Notes: generated from the sequence alone by a model not told the origin. 32,000 bases of DNA from Alkalilimnicola ehrlichii MLHE-1 (GCF_000014785.1 NC_008340.1:1830001-1862000); one strand, 5' to 3'. Numbered from the stretch's first letter, positions 17,467 through 26,730 are shown. A program made the numbers and translations.

Positions 17467-19365
17467 ATGGCCAGCACCCTGCTCGTTATCGGGCTGATCG
17501 CCACGGTCCGGTTCAGGGCCCGTCACGACGCTGGCCGTGACGTGGGCAACCAACCCCAGGCACTTCCCGATGAACCCGCGCTCTTTCAGAGACTTGCCGG
17601 GAACACCTCGGCCGGACTCTTCCTGGCCCGGGCAGATCGCCTGATCGCGGTCAACCCCGCGCTCTGCCGTATCCTGCGGTGCCCGCCAGAGCAGCTGACC
17701 GGGGCTGAATGGCGGCCGCTGATCCATTCCGACCACGCCGATGAGGTCGAGACCCACGTCAGCGCCCGCCTGCGCGGGCAACCGGCCAGCCCACTGCACC
17801 CGATCAGGGTCCAGCGGGGTGATGGCACCACCCGCTGGGTGGAGCTGAGCCTGGAACCGGTGGCCCTGGGCGGGGATCCCGCCATGGTTGGCACCCTCGT
17901 CGACATTGACCGCCACTGCGCGCTACAACAAGAGCTCCTGCTGAGTGAGAGGAAATACCGACAACTCGTTGAAAACGTAAATGATATAATCTATACATTG
18001 ACACCGGATGGACGCCTGAGTTACGTCTCCCCCAACTGGCCGGAGCTCCTCGGCCACCCGGTCGATCAGGTCATCGGCCGGCCCATTGCCCGGTTCGTGC
18101 ACCCGGACGACCTCCCCGGCTGCGAGGAGTTTCTCAGGCGCCTGTTCCTCACCGGCAAGAAGCAAAGCGGCATTGAATACCGGGTGCGGCACAGTGACGG
18201 TCACTGGCGCTGGCACACCGCCAATGCTTCACCCATCACCGGCGACGACGGCACCGTCATCGCCTTTGTGGGTATCGCCCGCGATATCACCGCCAGGAAG
18301 GGCATGGAGGCCGAACTGGTCTACCAGCTTCGGTTTAACGAGCTGGTCGCTGAACTCTCCACCCGGTTCGTGCGCAGCCCTGCCGAGGAGACCGATGCCC
18401 GGATCGACGATCTGCTTCGGCGGGCGGGCACCCTGTTCAATGCGGATCGGGCCTACCTCTACCTCTTCTCCGACGATGGCGAGACCATGAGCAACACCCA
18501 CGAGTGGTGTGCGCCCGCGGTCCCCTCGCTGTTGGAGGACAGTCAGCGGATGCCCGTCGCCCGCTACCCGTGGTGGCAGCGACACATGACGGCGCTGCGC
18601 GACCAGCACCAGGTGTTGTTCATCAATGACGTCTCAGCGCTGCCCGCCGAAGCAGCGGCGGAGCGGGCGCTGCTGGAGGGGCAGCAGGTGCGCACCCTGG
18701 TCTGTGCCCCGGTGGCGACGCCGGATCGGGTCATCGGTTTTTTGGGGTTCGACTCGCTGCGTCCCAAGGAGTGGCGGAAGGATCAGGGCGACCTGTTGGT
18801 CGTCCTCGGCAATCTCCTGGCCGCGGCACTGGTGCGACGGCAACTGGAGTTGGATCTGCGCAACCTGTCGGTGACCGACCCGCTCACCGGCCTGTTCAAC
18901 CGGCGCTTCCTGCGGGCGCGCCTGCTGGCGCTCATTGAGGAGTATGAGCGCCACGGACACCGGTTCTGTGTCAGCCTGGTGGACCTGGATCACTTCAAGG
19001 CCCTGAACGACCGTCATGGCCATCTGGCCGGTGACCGGATCCTGCAGGGCTTCGCCAACATCCTGCGGGACAATCACCGGGTGTTCGACATCGTCGCCCG
19101 CTACGGCGGTGAGGAGTTCGTGGTGATCCTGGTGGGAACCGAAATCGGGCAGGCGCGACGGGTGACTCGCCGCGCCCTGACAACCACCCGCAACCATGAC
19201 TTCCGTTTCAACGAGACCCCGCTGTCGATCACCGCCAGCGCCGGTCTCGCTGATATCGCGGAGTTGCCCGAAGACCACCGCACCGTGGAGCATCTCCTGC
19301 AACTCGCGGACCACCGCCTCTATCGGGCCAAGCAGCAGGGCCGCGACTGCCTGGTGGCCGACTAG
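17467..19365 (+). CDS. Membrane-anchored PAS-PAS-GAF-GGDEF diguanylate cyclase
   Basis: N-terminal hydrophobic anchor 'MASTLLVIGLIATV', PAS 'LFQRLAGNTSAGLFLARADRLIAVNPALCRIL', PAS 'LVENVNDIIYTLTPDGRLSYVSPNWPELLGH', GAF-like region, 'VARYGGEEFVVILVG' with RVFD I-site. Track start at 17452 is a TTG; ATG at 17467. Confidence 0.88.
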   Translation: MASTLLVIGLIATVRFRARHDAGRDVGNQPQALPDEPALFQRLAGNTSAGLFLARADRLIAVNPALCRILRCPPEQLTGAEWRPLIHSDHADEVETHVSARLRGQPASPLHPIRVQRGDGTTRWVELSLEPVALGGDPAMVGTLVDIDRHCALQQELLLSERKYRQLVENVNDIIYTLTPDGRLSYVSPNWPELLGHPVDQVIGRPIARFVHPDDLPGCEEFLRRLFLTGKKQSGIEYRVRHSDGHWRWHTANASPITGDDGTVIAFVGIARDITARKGMEAELVYQLRFNELVAELSTRFVRSPAEETDARIDDLLRRAGTLFNADRAYLYLFSDDGETMSNTHEWCAPAVPSLLEDSQRMPVARYPWWQRHMTALRDQHQVLFINDVSALPAEAAAERALLEGQQVRTLVCAPVATPDRVIGFLGFDSLRPKEWRKDQGDLLVVLGNLLAAALVRRQLELDLRNLSVTDPLTGLFNRRFLRARLLALIEEYERHGHRFCVSLVDLDHFKALNDRHGHLAGDRILQGFANILRDNHRVFDIVARYGGEEFVVILVGTEIGQARRVTRRALTTTRNHDFRFNETPLSITASAGLADIAELPEDHRTVEHLLQLADHRLYRAKQQGRDCLVAD

Positions 19366-19445
19366 GGGTTATCACGCATTACCCGCGCCCCGGCCGCCCC
19401 GTCATACTGTCAGCCACAGACCATGGCGAATCCCGGGGGAGCGTA

Positions 19446-21125
19446 GTGGCGCGTCCACTGAACCACACCATCACCGCGCGCCCCGGCCGGCCGTCCACCG
19501 CCGGCTGGGCCCGCCTGATGCTGCTCAGCGGCTCATTGGTCGGCCTCTACCTCCTGGTTGCCGTCTGGGGGTTTGCCTTCACCCCCGACCAATACGGAAT
19601 CCCGCTGGTCTGGCCGGCCACCGGCGTGGGGCTGGCCTTTGTCTTCCTCTACGGCTATCGCCTGGTGCCCGCCGTCGGGCTGGCGGCGGCGCTGGTCGGT
19701 GTCTGGTTCACCGGCGATCTCGTCGCCCCGCTGGAACAGGCCTTCACGGTGGTAGTCACGATGCTGGCCACGGCCTTGGGCACGGCAATCCTGCGCTACT
19801 GCCGCTTCGATCCCAGGATGGAACGGCTGCGCGACCTGGGCCTGCTGCTAGCGGCCGGCGGCGGCGTCAGCTCCGGGCTCGCCGCCACCGTCGGGGCCTA
19901 CAGCCTGGCGGCCAGTCCCGGCCCCCTGAGCCTCGCCCAAACCTGGTGGGTCTGCTGGAGCGCGGACCTGATGGGGCTGGTACTGATCTCGCCGTTCCTG
20001 TTCACCCTGCTGGGCGGACGCCTGGTCATGCCCTCAGGCGCGGACCTGCGCATTGGAATGATGCTGGTCACCGCCACCCTGGCCACCGGCGCGGTGGCTT
20101 ACCTGTTGGCGCTCGACCTGACCCTGGCGTTGCCCCTCTCCTACGCCGTCTTCCCGCTCGTCATGTATGCAGCATTGCGCTGCCCGGCGCCCATCACCAG
20201 TGGCCTCATCCTGGTGTTCGGGGGGCTGGCGCTGACCGCCACCGGGCTGGGTCACGGCCCCTACGCCGCGCTGGGGCTGGAGCGGAGCCTGTTGGCACTC
20301 AATGCCCAGTTGGGGTTGCTGGTCCTCACCGGCCTTTCGCTGACCGCGATCAGCGCGGAACGGGAGGCCGCTGAAAGTCGGGCGCGCCAACACCTGGAGG
20401 ATCTGGCACGCGCCGGGCGCATCAACCTGATGGGTCAGCTCTCGACCACTCTCGCCCACGAACTCAACCAACCGCTGTGCGCGCTGAGCACCTACGCCCA
20501 GGCCAGCCGCCGGCTGTTGGCCCGGGGTGATACCGAAGGCCTCGGCACCGCCCTGGAGCGACTGGAACAGAACGCCCACCGAGCCGCCCATACGGTCCGG
20601 CAAATCCGCGACTTCGCCGCGCGGCAGGACCTGGCGCATCAGGTGGTGGCCCCCGCCCACCTGATTGCCGGGGTGGAACGCCTGATGGCGCCCGAGTTCA
20701 CGCGCCGCGGGATCCATCTGAAGGTCAACGTCCAGCCCGGCCTGCCCCCGATACGCATCGCCCCCATGCAGATCGAGCAGGTGCTGGTCAACCTGCTGCG
20801 CAACGCGACGGAAGCCCTCGCCGGCCGCGCCGACGGGCGGGTGCGCCTGGCGGTCTACCGCCGCCGGCGGGAGTTGGTGCTGGAGGTCATCGACAACGGC
20901 CCAGGCATCCCGCCGGAGCGGCTGTCGCTGCTGTTCGAGCCCTTTACCAGCTGGAAGCGGGGCGGCATGGGACTGGGCCTTGCCCTTTCCCGTTCCTTGG
21001 TCGAATCTCATGGGGGCACATTCACCGCCCGCAACGGCAACGCCGGCGGGGCGGAATTCCGTTTCACTCTGCCATTGGAGGACGACCATGGCGACACCGC
21101 GACCTACGGTACATCTGGTGGATGA
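19446..21125 (+). CDS. MASE1-domain sensor histidine kinase
   Basis: N-terminal multi-TM MASE1-like region ('FTPDQYGIPLVWPATGVGLAFVFLYGYRLVPAVGLAA'); H-box 'STTLAHELNQPLCALSTYAQA'; 'LVNLLRNATEAL', 'VIDNGPGIPPE', 'GGMGLGLALSRSLVESHGG'. GTG start. Confidence 0.9.
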   Translation: MARPLNHTITARPGRPSTAGWARLMLLSGSLVGLYLLVAVWGFAFTPDQYGIPLVWPATGVGLAFVFLYGYRLVPAVGLAAALVGVWFTGDLVAPLEQAFTVVVTMLATALGTAILRYCRFDPRMERLRDLGLLLAAGGGVSSGLAATVGAYSLAASPGPLSLAQTWWVCWSADLMGLVLISPFLFTLLGGRLVMPSGADLRIGMMLVTATLATGAVAYLLALDLTLALPLSYAVFPLVMYAALRCPAPITSGLILVFGGLALTATGLGHGPYAALGLERSLLALNAQLGLLVLTGLSLTAISAEREAAESRARQHLEDLARAGRINLMGQLSTTLAHELNQPLCALSTYAQASRRLLARGDTEGLGTALERLEQNAHRAAHTVRQIRDFAARQDLAHQVVAPAHLIAGVERLMAPEFTRRGIHLKVNVQPGLPPIRIAPMQIEQVLVNLLRNATEALAGRADGRVRLAVYRRRRELVLEVIDNGPGIPPERLSLLFEPFTSWKRGGMGLGLALSRSLVESHGGTFTARNGNAGGAEFRFTLPLEDDHGDTATYGTSGG

Positions 21126-21723
21126 CGATGAGGACATTCGCGAGGCCATCACCTTCCTATTGGTCGCCGAGGGGATCATGGTGCGCCCCTATGAGGATGC
21201 CGGCGGTCTGCTCGAGCGGCTGACCCCCAAGCACACCGGCTGCCTGATCCTCGACGTGCGGTTGCCGGACATGGATGGCCTCACCCTGCAACGGGAGCTG
21301 CGTCAGCGCGGTATCGACCTGCCGGTGATCTTTATCACCGGCCATGGCGACATCCCCATGGCGGTCCGTGCCGTCAACGACGGCGCGCTGGACTTTCTGG
21401 AGAAGCCCTTCCGTGACGATGCCCTGCTCGAGGCGGTGGAACAGGCCCTAGAGGTGGAGGCGGCCCACCGCGAGGACCAGCAACGCCGCGCAGAGATCGA
21501 ACAGCGCCTGGCGCAACTGACGCCGCGCGAGCGCCAGGTGTTGGAAGGGCTGCTGGACGGCAAACCGAACAAGCTCATCGCACGGGACCTGGATGTCAGC
21601 GTACGCACGGTGGAGATCCACCGGGGCAACCTGATGCAGAAAATGCAGGCCCGGAGCGCCTCCCACTTGGCCCGGCTCGCCCTGGTTTGTGACGCCTACC
21701 GGGAGCGACTGCCCAACGAGTGA
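21088..21723 (+). CDS. FixJ/NarL-type response regulator (REC-LuxR HTH)
   Basis: 'TVHLVDDDEDIREAITFLLVAEG...CLILDVRLPDMDGLTL...VIFITGHGDIPMAVRAVNDGALDFLEKPF' and 'LTPRERQVLEGLLDGKPNKLIARDLDVSVRTVEIHRGNLMQKM'. ATG at 21088, overlapping the kinase gene by 38 nt. Confidence 0.92.
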   Translation: MATPRPTVHLVDDDEDIREAITFLLVAEGIMVRPYEDAGGLLERLTPKHTGCLILDVRLPDMDGLTLQRELRQRGIDLPVIFITGHGDIPMAVRAVNDGALDFLEKPFRDDALLEAVEQALEVEAAHREDQQRRAEIEQRLAQLTPRERQVLEGLLDGKPNKLIARDLDVSVRTVEIHRGNLMQKMQARSASHLARLALVCDAYRERLPNE

Positions 21724-21797
21724 CCGGGCACCCCGGCGAGGTCCGGCGCGGGTGCGTAATACCCCGTATTCCTGTGGTTGCGGCATTCCTGCATGCT

Positions 21798-21836
21798 GGC
21801 AGGCAAGTCCCCTGCCGGCCGAGCCCCGGCCGGGGC
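21798..21836. repeat. Two adjacent inverted repeats in the gap upstream of the EAL gene
   Basis: GGCAGG(caagtcc)CCTGCC at 21798-21816 and the 14-bp palindrome GCCCCGGCCGGGGC at 21823-21836. Confidence 0.4.
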
Positions 21837-21866
21837 CACTCATCGCGCAGCCCAGGAAGGCCGAGC

Positions 21867-24341
21867 ATGCATACGGGCAACCCAGCGATCGCCCATCCGG
21901 CGCACACAGCCCCCCGAGGATGCCGGGTATGCCGGCGCATCACCGCTGTGGTCTTCGTGTCCATTATCGCCATTGAGGCCATTATCCTCTTCCCTTCCTA
22001 TCGGAACCACGAGGCGACACTGCTGGCGAACATTGAAGCCCAAGGGCTCGCCGCAGCCCGAGCGGGCCTGCCCTCCGGTCCTCACGACCGGCCGGCAATG
22101 GTCCATCTCCTGGACAACACCCCGATCGCCGGTATCGAGTGGCGGGAAGAGGAGGGACGCGCATCTTCTGTAGGTGCGCCCCTTGCGGCGACCGATGCCC
22201 GGCCGGAGGGTCGCCTGCCTGAGCCCCGCGAAGGGGGCCGGAACGGGGCCCTGATGGTCCACTGGACCCCGGAACAGCTCAACCGCGACTACGGCGTCCG
22301 GGCACGGCTGGACACGACCGGGATTGACGCCGAGCTGCGCGCCTTCCTGCTGCGCATCGCCGCCCTCGTCCTGCTGATCGCCTTGTTCGTCACCGCCGTC
22401 ACGCTGGCGGTGCTGGACCGGCTGGTATTCCGCCCCTCGCGCCGTTTGTACCGCCACATGTTGGCCGCTGGCGCCGACCCCGACCACCCCCTGGCCTACC
22501 GCCTCAACAGCAACAGGGACGATGAGCTGGGGGCCGCCAGCCAGGCCTTTGACCACATGCTGGAACGCCTGGCCAGGGACCGCACCGCACTCCGCCAGCG
22601 GGAACGGGACCTGCAGACCATGAACACCACTCTGGAGGCCCAGGTGACCAGGCGGACCGCCGCCCTCACCGAAGCCAATCACCGACTGCAACAGGAGGCG
22701 AAGGAGCGCCAGGCCGCTGAACAACAGGCCCGACGCCTGGCCCGGTTCCCCGATGAGAACAGCAACCCGGTGCTGCGGGTGAACCCCGATGGGGAGATCC
22801 TTTACGCCAACCCGGCCGCAATCCCCCTGCTCCGCCACTGGGAGGACGAACAACGGCTGCCCGCCGACTGGCAGCCCCGGCTCACGGCAGCTACGACGGC
22901 CGGCCGGGTCACGTACGAAGAGGTCGCTGTCCAGGGCCGCTGGTACCTGATGGCCATCAATCCGATCCCTGAAGAGGGTTATCTCAACCTCTACGGGGTC
23001 GATATCACCGACCGCAAGCGCTTTGAGGCGGAGCTGGCAAAGCGCAATACCGAGGACGCGCTGACCGGTCTGCCCAACCGTCAGGTGTTCCGTGACCGGG
23101 TCGGTCAGGCCCTCCGTGAGAGGGCGTCGGACCGCGGTCGGGCCGCCGTACTGCTCATCCGGATCGAGAACATGGACCTCATAAACGGCCTGGGAGGCCA
23201 CCAGGCCGGCGATCTCGTGCTTACCGCGCTGGCCCGACGCCTACGGCAAGCAGTTGCCCCCGATCAGACCCTGGCCCGTCTGGGCGAGGAGGTGTTCGCC
23301 CTGCTCATCCCCAAGGTGGCCTCGGTGGATGAGCTGGCACGGCTGTCCGAGCAACTGCTTGGGGTCCTCAACAGCAGTGTCACCTCCCAGGGCCATGAGT
23401 TCGCCAGTCGCGCTTCTGGTGGCTGGGCCATCTACCCCCATGACGGTGCCGACACCGCCACCCTGCTCCGGAATGCCCAGTTGGCCGCCCACCGGGCCAG
23501 CCGCCAGGGCGAGCGCCAGCGCTACCTGTTCTTCGTGGAGGGGCTGAACGAGGCGGTGGAGAGCCGCCAGCGGCGGCTGCGCGAACTCCGGAACGCGATC
23601 GATGACGGGGGGCTGACCCTCTGGTTTCAGCCCCAGCTCAGCAGCGACCGGAGGAGGCTGAGCGGCCTGGAGGCACTGGTCCGTTGGCCCCATCCCAGCG
23701 ATGGCCTCCTCGCCCCCGATGCCTTCATCCCGCTCGCGGAGGAGCATGACCTGATCATCCCCCTGGGCGAGTGGGTGCTCAAGGCTGCCTGCAGGCAACT
23801 CCACGAATGGCAGCAGTTGGGCCTGCCCGTACCACGACTGGCGGTCAACCTCGGGGCCCGTCACCTGCTCGACAGCCGCCTGCCGGGGTTCGTCGCGGAT
23901 CTGCTGCGCGACTACGAGCTGCCCGGTCACTGCCTGGAGGTGGAGGTGACGGAAAGCACGGTGATGGAGGACATCACCCGGAGCGAGGAGGTCCTCTCCC
24001 GGCTGGTGCGCCTGGGGGTCCAGGTGGCGGTGGATGACTTTGGTACCGGCCACTCCTCCCTGGCCTATCTCAAACGCCTGCCGATTCAACGCATCAAGAT
24101 CGACCGCTCCTTCATCGCCGGGCTCCCCGACGATGCCCAGGACCGGGCCATCTGCCGGACCATCGCCGACCTCAGCCACAGCCTGGGCTTGCAGGTCGTC
24201 GCCGAGGGGGTGGAGACAACCGCTCAGGCAGCGGCCCTGCAGCAGATGGGTTGCAATGACCTGCAGGGCTTCCTCCTTGCCCGCCCCGGCCCGATCACCC
24301 GGATCACCCATTGGCTGCGCCACGAGGCCCCCAGACCATGA
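21867..24341 (+). CDS. Membrane-anchored degenerate-GGDEF / EAL protein, predicted c-di-GMP phosphodiesterase
   Basis: Two hydrophobic segments ('VVFVSIIAIEAIILF', 'AALVLLIALFVTAVTLAVL'), PAS-like segment, 'LARLGEEVFALLIP' in place of GGDEF; intact EAL-domain motifs 'LEALVRW', 'AVNLGARHL', 'EVTES', 'VDDFGTGHSSLAYLKRLPIQRIKIDRSF', 'AEGVET', 'QGFLLARP'. ATG at 21867 after AGGAAGG; an alternative GTG start at 21720 is possible. Confidence 0.88.
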   Translation: MHTGNPAIAHPAHTAPRGCRVCRRITAVVFVSIIAIEAIILFPSYRNHEATLLANIEAQGLAAARAGLPSGPHDRPAMVHLLDNTPIAGIEWREEEGRASSVGAPLAATDARPEGRLPEPREGGRNGALMVHWTPEQLNRDYGVRARLDTTGIDAELRAFLLRIAALVLLIALFVTAVTLAVLDRLVFRPSRRLYRHMLAAGADPDHPLAYRLNSNRDDELGAASQAFDHMLERLARDRTALRQRERDLQTMNTTLEAQVTRRTAALTEANHRLQQEAKERQAAEQQARRLARFPDENSNPVLRVNPDGEILYANPAAIPLLRHWEDEQRLPADWQPRLTAATTAGRVTYEEVAVQGRWYLMAINPIPEEGYLNLYGVDITDRKRFEAELAKRNTEDALTGLPNRQVFRDRVGQALRERASDRGRAAVLLIRIENMDLINGLGGHQAGDLVLTALARRLRQAVAPDQTLARLGEEVFALLIPKVASVDELARLSEQLLGVLNSSVTSQGHEFASRASGGWAIYPHDGADTATLLRNAQLAAHRASRQGERQRYLFFVEGLNEAVESRQRRLRELRNAIDDGGLTLWFQPQLSSDRRRLSGLEALVRWPHPSDGLLAPDAFIPLAEEHDLIIPLGEWVLKAACRQLHEWQQLGLPVPRLAVNLGARHLLDSRLPGFVADLLRDYELPGHCLEVEVTESTVMEDITRSEEVLSRLVRLGVQVAVDDFGTGHSSLAYLKRLPIQRIKIDRSFIAGLPDDAQDRAICRTIADLSHSLGLQVVAEGVETTAQAAALQQMGCNDLQGFLLARPGPITRITHWLRHEAPRP

Positions 24342-25738
24342 GCGATGGCTTCACCCACCTCCCCATGACCGGCCTGGTGATCGCCCTGGCGGCGGTGGCG
24401 CTGGTTACCTTGCTGATCGCCCCCCGGGTCAGTACCGCCAACGGGTTCTTCCGCGGTTTCGCCGACGCGGGCCAGCCGCCCGGCGTGCTCACGCTCACCC
24501 TCTCCCAGGTCACCACCTGGATCTTTGCCCGCTCATTGCTCAATGCGGCCATCCTGGGTTATTTCTTTGGCATCGCCGGTGTGCTCGCCTACACCGCCTA
24601 CTACGGCTCCTTTGTCACCGGCTGGCTGATCATCGATCGCCTTCGCTTCCGCTACGGCGCCTCCAATCTGCAGGGTTTCATGAGGGCCCAGTATGGCGGG
24701 GTGGGGACCTTCTGCCTGAACGGACTCCTGGCGCTGCGCCTGGTCAGCGAGGTGTTCGCCAACCTGCTGGTCGTCGGGATCGTCTTCGGCGCCGCCGGCA
24801 GCGCCGGCAACACCACCGCCATGCTGTCGGTGGCCGCCCTGACCCTGGTCTATTCCCTCACCGGCGGGCTCCGGGCGTCGCTGCGAACCGATGTCCTGCA
24901 GATGGTGCTTTTGATCGGTCTGCTCGCCGCCCTCGTGGTGGTCATGCTCCTGCATCCGCTCTTTGACCCCGGGGCGCTGGCGGTCAGCAGCCCCGGGATC
25001 GACAACCCGGGCTGGATCCTGCTGGCGGTCGCGGGTCTCCAGGTGCTCAGCTACCCCATGCATGACCCCGTCATGATGGACCGCGGGTTCCTCGCCGACC
25101 GCCGCACCACACGGCGCAGTTTTCTGCACGCCTTCTGGCTCTCGGCGGTGTGTATCCTGGCCTTCGGGCTGCTGGGGGTTTTCGCGGGCCTGCATCGCCT
25201 GGAGGGCGAAACCGTGCTGCTGACGCTGGACCGGCTGATGGGTACCCCCGTGATGTTTCTCCTGGCGGTGGCGCTGGTCCTGTCGGCCGCCTCGACCCTG
25301 GACTCGACCTTCTCCAGCGCGGCCAAACTCAGCATCGCCGACATGGGACTGGCCCGGACCACACCCCGCAACGGCCGGATCGCAATGCTCCTGTTCTGCC
25401 TGGGCGGGCTGCTACTGGTGCTGTTCGGCACCGACGACCTGTTCGCCGCCGTGGCCGTCAGTGGAACCGCGTCGCTGGCGCTCACACCGGTCATCGCCTT
25501 CTCCCTACTGGCCGGCTGGCGGCTTAGCCGGGCCAGTCTGCTGACCTCCTTTACGCTGGCCTTCACGGGCGCTGTCGTCTACTTCCTGGAGACCTCCGGG
25601 CATATCGACCTGCTGACCCCCCTGACCGGGCTGGAGCACGACTACAGTAAGCTGCTGGCGATCACGGTCACCATCCTGGTTCTTGCCACCGCGGCGGCCT
25701 GGCTTGGCCGCCAGGGCCGCATGGAGGTCGTGAAATGA
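24338..25738 (+). CDS. Sodium:solute symporter (SSS) family transporter
   Basis: Multi-TM protein; 'VTTWIFARSLLNAAILGYFFGIAGVLAYTAYY', 'TLVYSLTGGLRASLRTDVLQMVL', 'LSAASTLDSTFSSAAKLSIAD'. ATGA overlap with the EAL gene. Confidence 0.85.
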   Translation: MSDGFTHLPMTGLVIALAAVALVTLLIAPRVSTANGFFRGFADAGQPPGVLTLTLSQVTTWIFARSLLNAAILGYFFGIAGVLAYTAYYGSFVTGWLIIDRLRFRYGASNLQGFMRAQYGGVGTFCLNGLLALRLVSEVFANLLVVGIVFGAAGSAGNTTAMLSVAALTLVYSLTGGLRASLRTDVLQMVLLIGLLAALVVVMLLHPLFDPGALAVSSPGIDNPGWILLAVAGLQVLSYPMHDPVMMDRGFLADRRTTRRSFLHAFWLSAVCILAFGLLGVFAGLHRLEGETVLLTLDRLMGTPVMFLLAVALVLSAASTLDSTFSSAAKLSIADMGLARTTPRNGRIAMLLFCLGGLLLVLFGTDDLFAAVAVSGTASLALTPVIAFSLLAGWRLSRASLLTSFTLAFTGAVVYFLETSGHIDLLTPLTGLEHDYSKLLAITVTILVLATAAAWLGRQGRMEVVK

Positions 25739-26709
25739 GTCAGCCCGGCCGCCTTTGCCCGCTGCATTACCAGACCGGGCCCGACGCCCTACGGACAGCA
25801 CCGCTGTACCGCTGCCCCACGGTCTACCTGGTGGGCGGGCTTTACGGCAACGATGCGGCGCTGGCCGCGATTCAGGCGTTGGCCCACCGGGAGCGGGCCG
25901 CCGGCCACCCGGAGCCGCTGTTGGTGTTCAACGGCGACTTCCACTGGCTGGATGCCGACCCGGCGGTATTCCGGCACATTCAGGAGGCGGTGCTCAATCA
26001 GGCCGCCATTCTCGGCAATGTCGAGGCCGAACTGGCCCAACCCACACCGGGCATCGGCTGCGGATGCGCCTATCCGGAAACGGTGGACGATGCGACGGTC
26101 ATGCACTCCAACCGGATCATGGCACGGCTGCAGCGGATGGTGGCGGAGACGCCGGCACTGCACGATGTCACCCGCCAACTGTCGGGCCTGCCCCGTCAGA
26201 TCAGGTTGGCGGTCGGCGATCTCCGCGTCGGCGTGATCCACGGCGATCCGGAGTCGCTCGCCGGCTGGCGCCTGGCCCTGGAGCAAATGCCGGCCCCGGG
26301 GCGCACCACGTCCCGCATCCGGCGCTGGTTCGAGGTCAGTGAGGTGGACCTCTTCGCCTGCAGCCACACCTGCCTGCCCTTCGCCCAGCGCTTCACCTGG
26401 GAGCGGCGGCAGGCCCTGATCTTCAACAACGGCGCGGCGGGACTCCCGAACTTCCGCGGTGACCGCCGGGGCGTGATCACCCGTATTGCCGAGACCCCGG
26501 CCCCGGTTCCGGCGCTGTATGGCGGTGTGCTGCGGGGGGTTCACTGCGATGCGGTGCCGGTCGCCTACGACACGGCCGCCTGGGCCCGCCGGTTCCGCGC
26601 GATCTGGCCCGAGGGGTCCGCGGCCTGCCACAACTATGCCCGCCGGCTCGCCCACGGCACCGGGCTGACACCGCAGGCGGCAAACCGGCTGGGCGACCGC
26701 CGGCCCTAG
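25735..26709 (+). CDS. Calcineurin-like metallophosphoesterase-fold protein with degenerate first metal motif
   Basis: 'PTVYLVGGLYGNDAALAAI', 'LLVFNGDFHWLDAD', 'AILGNVEAEL', 'VGVIHGDPESLAGW', 'DLFACSHTCLPFAQRF', 'IFNNGAAGLPNF'. ATGA overlap with the symporter gene. Confidence 0.75.
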   Translation: MSQPGRLCPLHYQTGPDALRTAPLYRCPTVYLVGGLYGNDAALAAIQALAHRERAAGHPEPLLVFNGDFHWLDADPAVFRHIQEAVLNQAAILGNVEAELAQPTPGIGCGCAYPETVDDATVMHSNRIMARLQRMVAETPALHDVTRQLSGLPRQIRLAVGDLRVGVIHGDPESLAGWRLALEQMPAPGRTTSRIRRWFEVSEVDLFACSHTCLPFAQRFTWERRQALIFNNGAAGLPNFRGDRRGVITRIAETPAPVPALYGGVLRGVHCDAVPVAYDTAAWARRFRAIWPEGSAACHNYARRLAHGTGLTPQAANRLGDRRP

Positions 26710-26721
26710 GGGCCGCGCGGT
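26696..26721. terminator. Imperfect GC-rich hairpin between convergent genes
   Basis: ACCGC-CGGCCC tag GGGCCG-c-GCGGT straddling the TAG of the 25735-26709 CDS and preceding the end of the minus-strand gene. No T-tract, so the terminator call is weak. Confidence 0.3.
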
Positions 26722-26730
26722 GGAATTGGA

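Noticed and set aside
20034-21179. 381-aa minus-strand ORF, and similarly 21840-23201 and 23241-24323
   Set aside because: All are antisense to well-supported signalling genes and have low-complexity shadow-like products.
21724-21866. c-di-GMP riboswitch (GEMM) upstream of the EAL gene
   Set aside because: The hairpins lack the conserved GEMM core sequences, so there is no support beyond genomic context.
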